This document shows positions 10,330 through 17,826 of a DNA stretch of 40,599 nt, in pieces. The stretch covers positions 1-40,599 of the forward strand of contig SDNY01000017.1 in the NCBI GenBank assembly GCA_004524535.1. Direction: 5' to 3'. The translations under genes were made by a program, and so were the position numbers. Source of the stretch: Promethearchaeota archaeon. Its GTDB lineage: Archaea > Asgardarchaeota > Lokiarchaeia > Sigyniarchaeales > SOKP01. How positions within the stretch are numbered: position 1 is the first letter of the stretch; each line of letters opens with the position of its first letter. The notes under the pieces were generated by a model. It was not told the origin of the DNA and ran no database searches. It worked only from the letters and a program-made list of their open reading frames with translations.

Positions 10330-10539
10330 TTACTCAATTTTCTCTTTCCATTTTTCCATTTCAATAGCATTTTTATATTCATCTCCAATATTATGAGAAA
10401 TATTTAAAGTCGATGAATATGAATCTACAATCTCTTCTGTAAGCGGTCTTCTCTCATCGCAATATCTACATTCAAGAAAAGTTTTTCCATTCTCTGATTC
10501 AGGCATTAATAATCCACCACATTTATCACAAAATTCCAT
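10330..10539 (-). CDS. RpoM/TFS-like N-terminal zinc-ribbon protein
   Basis: MEFCDKCGGLLMP...LECRYC; GAGGTGA SD. No C-terminal ribbon. Confidence 0.7.
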   Translation of the reverse strand: MEFCDKCGGLLMPESENGKTFLECRYCDERRPLTEEIVDSYSSTLNISHNIGDEYKNAIEMEKWKEKIE

Positions 10540-10638
10540 TGAAATTCACCTCACTTATTTTCTTATTTTTAATGATAACTTTTTATTTGTATAAGTATTA
10601 ATTTTTTAAAATTTCCTAAATTGACCAATAAAAAGGAG

Positions 10639-11094
10639 TTAAGTACTCTTTTGAAACTCTTTACTGTATGAAGCCCATTTTCTCCATTTCTCAGCAAATT
10701 TTTTCGCTTCTAAAACTTTTAATTTAATATGTAAATCTTTGACTATTTTACTAGTTTTTTTAACCTTTTTCTTTTTTTCTTTATGTATCTGCTTTAAAGT
10801 CTTATTTAATTGCCTATTTTTTCTTTTTAATAGATGATTAACTTCTTTTTTTATGGTTTTTAACGCAATTTGTACATTTTTCCTTTTTTTAGCAGATTTG
10901 GTTGTATCATCATTGATTACTTCTAAATTTTTAACCAATCCTCTAAACTTACGTTGAATTTCCTTAATTTTAGTTCCGAATTCACTTTCAATCTCCTTTC
11001 TTGCCAAGGCTTTCTTTTCAGCCGCCTCGTCTTCAATTTTTACGATTTCCTTATCATAAATATTAATCTGACTTCTAATTTCTTCTATTGAAAT
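10639..11094 (-). CDS. coiled-coil hypothetical protein; probable ATT start
   Basis: The ORF track starts at TTG 11007, but the frame stays open to TGA 11103-11101. ATT 11094 gives (M)SIEEIRSQINIYDKE and lies 6 nt after a GTGA SD. Confidence 0.6.
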   Translation of the reverse strand: MSIEEIRSQINIYDKEIVKIEDEAAEKKALARKEIESEFGTKIKEIQRKFRGLVKNLEVINDDTTKSAKKRKNVQIALKTIKKEVNHLLKRKNRQLNKTLKQIHKEKKKKVKKTSKIVKDLHIKLKVLEAKKFAEKWRKWASYSKEFQKST

Positions 11095-11186
11095 ATTAAA
11101 TCACTTTTTTAATCTTTCTTTCCTATGATATAAAATGTCATAGATAAAGGACTAAAAAAGTAAGAAATAATTTACTTTCTTGTAAA

Positions 11187-11453
11187 TTAAGAACTTTCTA
11201 ATCTAAACACAGCTGACTCATTTGGAATATAAAATTTTTCATCATCTTTTAATACTAATGTGTGATAAAAATTTGCTAATTGTAAAAAACCTCTTATTAC
11301 ATCTTCATCTCCTTCAAATTTAAAACGTACTTCTGAGACAGAGTTTTTCGTCTTAACATCGACTTTTTCATAGATTTTTTCATCTATTAAAGGTACTTTT
11401 AGTTCATTTGCAATTTCATAGACCCTATTTATAAAAAGTTCATTTTTTTCCAA
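11187..11453 (-). CDS. hypothetical protein
   Basis: Strong GGAGGTG SD. The called GTG lies inside the SD, so TTG 11453 is the likelier start. Confidence 0.65.
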   Translation of the reverse strand: MEKNELFINRVYEIANELKVPLIDEKIYEKVDVKTKNSVSEVRFKFEGDEDVIRGFLQLANFYHTLVLKDDEKFYIPNESAVFRLESS

Positions 11454-11511
11454 AATTAACACCTCCTTTTATTTATATATTAAAATTTTTATTTTACTAG
11501 AGAAAAAAAAA

Positions 11512-11988
11512 TTAACGGACTATAAGGACATCGCATGGAGCTTCATTCAAAACTTTGGTAGCCACTGTACCTAGAAAAATTCTTTTTAGTTTAGAATGGT
11601 TACCTTTACATCCTAAAGCAACAAGATCAAAATCTTCTTCCTTGACGGTTCGTTTAATATAATCCTCCGGTTCTTCGCCTTTAATTAATCGTGTTTCTAC
11701 AGGTCCAAACTCTCCATTAAACATGCTTTTAGTTTTTTCTAATATTGCTTTACCTTCTCTCTCATACTCTGCCCGTATTTTATTGTAATCTACCGTAGGA
11801 ACCGTATAGTGATTAGCACTACCAAAACCAATTCCTAATGGTATCGTTTTCTGAAGCATGTGATGCTCAATTGAATGAAAAATTACTACTTTACTCCCGT
11901 ACTTTTTCTGAAGCTCAATTACTCTACCAGCCGCACGTAATGCATCGTCCGAACCATCAGTTGCTAATAAAATCTTTTCATACATCAA
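11512..11988 (-). CDS. universal stress protein (USP)
   Basis: YEKILLATDGS, DLVALGCKG, LGTVATKVLNEAPCDVLIVR; GGAGGTGA SD. Confidence 0.92.
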   Translation of the reverse strand: MMYEKILLATDGSDDALRAAGRVIELQKKYGSKVVIFHSIEHHMLQKTIPLGIGFGSANHYTVPTVDYNKIRAEYEREGKAILEKTKSMFNGEFGPVETRLIKGEEPEDYIKRTVKEEDFDLVALGCKGNHSKLKRIFLGTVATKVLNEAPCDVLIVR

Positions 11989-12140
11989 TTTTTCACCTCC
12001 TTAATTAATAATTTTATAAAAGATCTCTAGATTCGAAAAATCTTAAAGACTTTTGTAATCTTAAATAAAAGATTTAAAAAGTAATCACAAAAGAGATTAA
12101 TTTTTTTTATATCTTTTAAAAATATGTTTAAATGATCCTT

Positions 12141-12830
12141 TCATACTGGTTGTAATTGATACAACTCATTCATTTTCAACAGACTTGACGTAAAAATAAA
12201 TGGCTTTTTCAAATAATCTTTCTGATTTTCTTTACTTGAAGTGATTTCTTTAATTTTTTCATGAAAATCATTTATTACATCTAAGACCATTTTGAATTGT
12301 TCTTCACTAATAAATATTAAATTCATTAAAGGTTTAATCTTCTTTATATTTTTATAAAAAGTCTCATATTCAACATTTTCATTGTCCTCATAATTTTCAA
12401 TAAAGTCATTAAGGATATCAAGAGGGTTCTTCATAATTTTTATGATTGATTGAATTACTCTGAAATAATTAATGAATTCCTCCACTTTTTCGGGAGGCTG
12501 AATTGTTAATAAGCTGTTATCATCATAATTATCACCTAATAGGATATAATCATCTCTTAATCGATAATATTTAGATTTTATAGAGCCTCTTACTTTTACT
12601 TCTTTTGAGACATAAATAATTCCTGAATCAGTTAAATTTCGAAGATTTCTTACGATTGTAGATTTGCTTTTTTTTAAATGTTTACTTAAATGCGTTAAGC
12701 TTAATTCTTGATTAATAAAAAGTTCGATAATAATACGGATTTGTATCTTATCTTTAATTGAAGCAATTAATTCTCGCTTTCTTTCTTTCCTACTAACGTA
12801 ATTGTTTGTAGTTTTTTCCAAACCTATCAC
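12141..12830 (-). CDS. ArsR-like winged-HTH transcriptional regulator
   Basis: IRIIIEL...LSLTHLSKHLKKSKSTIVRNLRNLTDSGII...KYYRL. Confidence 0.8.
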   Translation of the reverse strand: MIGLEKTTNNYVSRKERKRELIASIKDKIQIRIIIELFINQELSLTHLSKHLKKSKSTIVRNLRNLTDSGIIYVSKEVKVRGSIKSKYYRLRDDYILLGDNYDDNSLLTIQPPEKVEEFINYFRVIQSIIKIMKNPLDILNDFIENYEDNENVEYETFYKNIKKIKPLMNLIFISEEQFKMVLDVINDFHEKIKEITSSKENQKDYLKKPFIFTSSLLKMNELYQLQPV

Positions 12831-12862
12831 TTTTTAGAATTTTTTTAAAATACAATATATAA

Positions 12863-13294
12863 TTATTTAATAATATCGGTTATGAAACAAGTCTCTATTA
12901 TTTTAACACCTTCGATTGTAGAGATTTTATTTTCTATTAAAGGATTAAAGTCTTCAATCGAATGGATTTTAATTCTCAAAAAAATACCACAATCACCAGA
13001 CAATCTCCAAATATCTGTAATTTCCTGAATTTGCTTTAATTGTTTTAAAATTTTCTTAATATTTTTGAAGTCAGGTTCTATTTTAATTGTCGAATAGACT
13101 TTTGGTTGTGAATTAATTTCATATTTAATTGTGAATTTCTCGATTATATCATTTTCTAACATTTTTTGAATCCGCCGTCTGACGGTTGCTTCTGTTCTTC
13201 CCACAACATCTGCAATATCACTATATGATTGTCTTGAATCTTCATTTAGTTCCTCCAAAATCTTGAGATCAACTATATCTACTGATTCTGAAAT
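12863..13294 (-). CDS. Lrp/AsnC family regulator; probable ATT start
   Basis: The HTH signature D-x2-D-x-KIL-x2-L-x2-D-x-R-x-S begins upstream of the called TTG 13258. ATT 13294 lies 6 nt after a GGTGA SD and directly after an in-frame TAG. C-terminal RAM domain (LSGDCGIFL). Confidence 0.88.
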   Translation of the reverse strand: MSESVDIVDLKILEELNEDSRQSYSDIADVVGRTEATVRRRIQKMLENDIIEKFTIKYEINSQPKVYSTIKIEPDFKNIKKILKQLKQIQEITDIWRLSGDCGIFLRIKIHSIEDFNPLIENKISTIEGVKIIETCFITDIIK

Positions 13295-13572
13295 CTAATT
13301 TCACCATTTAACTTTTTTTAAATTAAGATATTTAAAAATCTTAAAAATATCTTATTTTAGAATTAATTTTTATAATCCTTATTTTCTAGTAAGAATTTAT
13401 CATTTATAAATGTTCCTATGAAACGATGTTTATGAAACGTTCTTACGGGGCGATGCAAACAAAACGTTTATAAGTAATTAATTCTTATAATTATTTAGAG
13501 AGATAATTTTGGATAATTTTATTCAAAGGGATCTCAATATAATATTTAAATTAATAGAACTGAGGTGAAAAC

Positions 13573-14145
13573 TTGATGACTAATGAAAAGCAAATTAAAG
13601 ATAGAAAAAGAGAAGACGTTGAAGAAGAGAAACGGGAAAAGCAAAAATCAAGAGAACTTTCTATTAGAAGAGAAAGTCCATTTTCATTATTTCAACAAAT
13701 GGATCGAATGCTTGATAATATGTGGAGAGGATTTGATGATCTATTCTGGTGGCCTTTTAGCAGTAGAAACTATAGACCATTGTCTCTAAGAATAACAGAG
13801 AATGAGCCATTATTTAGGACGCCATTATCAAATATAACAGAAAATGATAATGAATATGAAATTTCTGCTGAAATGCCTGGGTTAGATAAAGGTGATCTTG
13901 AAATCAATATTTCTGATGGAACTCTAGAGATCAACGGAGAAATATCAGAAGAGAAGCAAGAAGAGAAAAAAGGAGATCTTGTAAGAAGAGAATGTTATTC
14001 CTCAAGTTATTATAGGCTATTTAATCTACCTAAAAATATTGATGAGGAAGGAATTGAAGCAAACCTTGATAAAGGTTTATTGAAAATAACAATTCCAAAA
14101 GTCGAACCGACAGAGTCAGCAAATAAAAAGATTGAAATTAAGTAA
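13573..14145 (+). CDS. Hsp20/alpha-crystallin small heat shock protein
   Basis: AEMPGLDKGDLEI, RLFNLP and ANLDKGLLKITIPK motifs; C-terminal IEI (IxI); GAGGTGA SD. Confidence 0.92.
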   Translation: MMTNEKQIKDRKREDVEEEKREKQKSRELSIRRESPFSLFQQMDRMLDNMWRGFDDLFWWPFSSRNYRPLSLRITENEPLFRTPLSNITENDNEYEISAEMPGLDKGDLEINISDGTLEINGEISEEKQEEKKGDLVRRECYSSSYYRLFNLPKNIDEEGIEANLDKGLLKITIPKVEPTESANKKIEIK

Positions 14146-14220
14146 TAACACAATCAATTTTTTGTTAGATCTTACTAATCTTTTTTTTTAATTATATTAA
14201 AACCAATCGAGGTGAAAACA

Positions 14221-15063
14221 ATTACAACTAATCTTGAGAAAGAAGAAGAACTTACTATAAAAAAATACATAATTTCTAAGAAAAATAAAGAATCTGCGAA
14301 AATTTTTCTTAAAGCTCTGGCAATATTTGGAATTTGGATGCTTTTAACGTATTTACTTGAAGGAATGCTATTAACACTACAAAGACCAGATGCAACTATG
14401 AATCGCATGTTATATACATTTATTGCTAATATTGTATTTGGAACGATTATTGGAATTTATTTTATACATTATAATCTAAAATCTTATGACTTTTCTAAAG
14501 AAGAATATGGATTTCGTTCAATTTCTTTTACGTTAAATTCTATAATAATAGGATTTTTGGCAGGTCTTGGCTTATACTTTGCTCAAAATCCCCCTACATA
14601 TGATCCCGTTATTATTGCCAATGGATTTGCGCAAGTTTTAGTAGTCTCTATTGCTGAGATTATAATTTGTTGGGCAATAGTGGGTACTATTTCTAAACAT
14701 ATAACTAAAAAAAAGATAGGAAAGATTCTCTCAGTAATATTTGCTGTTACAATTTCAAGCATATTATTTGGACTGTATCATTTTGCGCACAGCCCACCAT
14801 TTAATACTATAAATATGTTTATAATGTTAACAATAGTAGGTGTTGTGTTTACAAGTATTTACTATTTTATAGTTAAAGATATATATGGGACAATCGTATT
14901 TCATAATTTTTTAGGTGTTCTAGGAGTGTTAAATGCATTGAAACAATCAGGTAACCTAACAGCGTATACAACACCAATAGTTCCACTATTTATAACCGCA
15001 GGTATTGCATTATTAATATTAGTATTAATGGATTATTTCTTTATTCGTAGAGAGAACTACTAA
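14221..15063 (+). CDS. CPBP/CAAX (Abi) intramembrane metalloprotease family protein
   Basis: AEIIICW (EE-x3-R variant), LFGLYH and FHN motifs; multiple TMs. The called GTG 14212 is within the GAGGTG SD; ATT 14221 follows 6 nt later. Confidence 0.72.
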   Translation: MTTNLEKEEELTIKKYIISKKNKESAKIFLKALAIFGIWMLLTYLLEGMLLTLQRPDATMNRMLYTFIANIVFGTIIGIYFIHYNLKSYDFSKEEYGFRSISFTLNSIIIGFLAGLGLYFAQNPPTYDPVIIANGFAQVLVVSIAEIIICWAIVGTISKHITKKKIGKILSVIFAVTISSILFGLYHFAHSPPFNTINMFIMLTIVGVVFTSIYYFIVKDIYGTIVFHNFLGVLGVLNALKQSGNLTAYTTPIVPLFITAGIALLILVLMDYFFIRRENY

Positions 15064-15109
15064 AATTATTTTTTTTTTATTGAATTAAAACCAATGGAGG
15101 TGTTAGAAT

Positions 15110-15556
15110 ATAATAACTAAAGATGCATTAAAATTTTTTCAAGCTTATATTGAAGAAATGGTTGATATAGGAGGTCCTAATTTACCTAAATCAGTTTCTT
15201 CAAAATTAGGCACTAAATTAGGTAAAATATACAAAAAAAGAAAAATTAAGAAAATTGAACCAGCAATTAAAAAAAGTCTCAATGCATTAGGAGAATTAGT
15301 AAATCTCATTGAAGAAAATGAAAATAAATTTGAAATTCAAGTAAAACATAAAAATAAATTTTGTCCAATTGGAGGGAAATATAATCCAACTAAAGCAGAA
15401 TTTTTCCAAGAAAGTATATGTATTCCATTCTATATCGCATTTCTAAATAGATTAGATCCTAGATCATATTACAATATCAGGGTAAAGAGCTGCGTTGTAA
15501 GCAGTAATACAAATTATTGCATATTTGAGTTATTTAGAAAAAAAAGGGAAAAATAG
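15110..15556 (+). CDS. hypothetical protein with V4R/output-domain-like cysteines; probable ATA start
   Basis: FCPIGG, ICIPF and SC...C pattern. GGAGGTG SD at 15096-15102 is followed by an in-frame TAG and then ATA 15110, 16 codons before the called ATG 15158. Confidence 0.6.
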   Translation: MITKDALKFFQAYIEEMVDIGGPNLPKSVSSKLGTKLGKIYKKRKIKKIEPAIKKSLNALGELVNLIEENENKFEIQVKHKNKFCPIGGKYNPTKAEFFQESICIPFYIAFLNRLDPRSYYNIRVKSCVVSSNTNYCIFELFRKKREK

Positions 15557-15729
15557 AAATATGAGATTATTTAAAATTATATTAATTCAATATTAAAGAT
15601 TTAAAATTTCAGATTTAGAACGTATTTAGAAAATAATTGATGCCTATAATATATAATTAAAAAAATTTCCCCAATGTTTTAGAAACATAAATTAAAAAGA
15701 ATTAAATAAATCATTATACTATTAATCAT

Positions 15730-16632
15730 ATGAAAAAACAAAAGGCTTTTAACATAACTTATTTAATTGGATTAGCTGCTTCATTTTTTTTTATGATTTG
15801 GATCTTTATATTTGAATTATATGTGTTAAATTATTCATTTTTAGTATTTTTCTGGGTTGTGAAATATTTATCTGGCTTTGGACTAATTTTAAGCATTGCT
15901 AATGGATTTTTGTTATTATTTGATAAATTTAAAAATCAGCTTAGTAAAAGAGGAACAAATATTCTTATCGTTCTTCAATTCGTTATACCTATAATTTTTG
16001 TAATATACGCGATTTACCGTATTTTTTCAAGTTTTTATGGTGGAGCAGGGATCAGAATGGTTGGTGTCTGGGCAGATTTTTATGTTTGGATAGATGATAT
16101 TATATATATCTATGGTATCAGTTCTTTACTTATTACTCTTTATATTATTCCAATTATTCGAGATGAATTTGATGACGCCGTAAATCAGACTAGAGTATCC
16201 CGATTTAAAGTTGGCGCAAAATCCATTGGAAGAGGAATTAAGAAGAAATATTTTAGTGTAAGAAAGAAGCATGCAAAAGTTCAGCTCCAAGATCAAATGA
16301 CAGGAAAAGAAGTGCTTGTTTCATGGAGGAATAAATTTGCTGTGTATTTAATGATTCCTATAGCAGTAGGGTCTTTATTACTAATGCCCTTAGCATTCAT
16401 ATTAATTGTACTATGGTTGAAAATAATATTTTTTGAAAAAATAGATATAAAAATACATGAAAAAATTGCCTTACTAATCTCAATAATCATTCTAGGGGTT
16501 GTGGCTATCTTAGCTCCTTATTTAGAACTTGTATTTTATGCGCAGATTAGTAATTTATTTTGGACAATCAATATATTTTATCTTATAGGAATCGGTGTTG
16601 CATCTTTCATATATTTTAGAAAAATAATCTAA
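15730..16632 (+). CDS. hypothetical membrane protein
   Basis: 300 aa, about 7 TM segments with a basic cytoplasmic loop. Confidence 0.7.
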   Translation: MKKQKAFNITYLIGLAASFFFMIWIFIFELYVLNYSFLVFFWVVKYLSGFGLILSIANGFLLLFDKFKNQLSKRGTNILIVLQFVIPIIFVIYAIYRIFSSFYGGAGIRMVGVWADFYVWIDDIIYIYGISSLLITLYIIPIIRDEFDDAVNQTRVSRFKVGAKSIGRGIKKKYFSVRKKHAKVQLQDQMTGKEVLVSWRNKFAVYLMIPIAVGSLLLMPLAFILIVLWLKIIFFEKIDIKIHEKIALLISIIILGVVAILAPYLELVFYAQISNLFWTINIFYLIGIGVASFIYFRKII

Positions 16633-16656
16633 AGCAAATTAAAATATTAGTATTTC

Positions 16657-16838
16657 AAAAATGTCACCTGTAATTAAAAAATGACACAAAATCTATAATT
16701 TATTGCCATTTATTAGATTAGTGACCACAATTCATTTATAGTGAAAAATGTCAGTAAAATCTATATTTTTTTAATTCTTTTTATCAGCTTTTTTTTGACA
16801 ACAGACCTATTGTCGTTTCTATGATAAGTGACATTTTT
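16657..16838. repeat. AAAAATGTCAC-like motif cluster, outer copies inverted
   Basis: AAAAATGTCAC 16657-16667, AAAAATGACAC 16677-16687, AAAAATGTCAG 16744-16754, and inverted GTGACATTTTT 16828-16838. Confidence 0.6.
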
Positions 16839-16872
16839 TAAGTGAGAGGTAACTTAAGATTAAGCTATTTAA

Positions 16873-17808
16873 ATGATAAAATCTTTTGAAGAAATTCATG
16901 AACTCATAAAAAAGGATGAAATGTCAATTGAGGAATTAAAGAATGTTCTTGATAAAATGGTTTCGAAAGGAAATATTGGCTGGAGAGAAAGAGATGGGAT
17001 AAATTATTATCGAATAATTCCTTTAGTTGTTGGATTGGATGAATCAAAAGTATATGATCTTTCTCTTGAATATTTAAAACTTTTATTTGAATACATGATA
17101 GAATCACGATTTCCTTTGAAATTAGTTACTTCCAAAGTTCCTCAATTACGCACCATTCCAGTAGAACAAAGCATAACACCTCAACATTATATCAAGAATT
17201 ATGATAAATTAAAATCGTTGATTGAAAACATGGAAGGTCCATTTGTCGTTCTTGATTGTATATGTAAGAAAACGGCTGCATTAGGAGGAAATAAGTGTAA
17301 AATGACATCAAGATTGGAAACATGCTTTGTTTTTGGAGATATTGCTAAAACATGGTTAAAGAGAGGTTTGGGAAGGCAAATCAGTAAAGCAGAAACTCTT
17401 GAACTTCTCCAAAAAGGTGAAGAAGAGGGATTAATCCTCCAATCCTCCAACAGTCAAAAACCAGAATTTATATGTTGTTGTTGTAGATGCTGTTGCGGTA
17501 TTCTTTCAATGCAAAAATTAATCCCTAATCCTATAAAATTTTGGAGGAGTAATTATTATGCGGAAATAGATACAGAATTATGTGAAGGGTGTAAAACTTG
17601 TGTTGAAAGATGTCAAGTAGATGCTATTATGATTAAAAAAAGTAAAAATATTGCAAAAGTAAATTTTAATCGATGTATAGGTTGTGGAAATTGTGTGACA
17701 ACCGGTCCAACTCACGCGATCCGACTTGTAAAGAAAAAGGATGAAATATTACCCCCAAAAGATTACATTGAACTATATGAGGAAATAATGAGAAGTGAAA
17801 ATAAATAG
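16873..17808 (+). CDS. 4Fe-4S dicluster domain protein, possibly decaying
   Basis: CEGCKTCVERCQ and CIGCGNCVTTGP (final Cys replaced by Gly), plus the upstream Cys cluster CIC...C...C...CCCCRCCCG. Confidence 0.8.
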   Translation: MIKSFEEIHELIKKDEMSIEELKNVLDKMVSKGNIGWRERDGINYYRIIPLVVGLDESKVYDLSLEYLKLLFEYMIESRFPLKLVTSKVPQLRTIPVEQSITPQHYIKNYDKLKSLIENMEGPFVVLDCICKKTAALGGNKCKMTSRLETCFVFGDIAKTWLKRGLGRQISKAETLELLQKGEEEGLILQSSNSQKPEFICCCCRCCCGILSMQKLIPNPIKFWRSNYYAEIDTELCEGCKTCVERCQVDAIMIKKSKNIAKVNFNRCIGCGNCVTTGPTHAIRLVKKKDEILPPKDYIELYEEIMRSENK

Positions 17809-17826
17809 GAAAAAAAATTTAATAAA

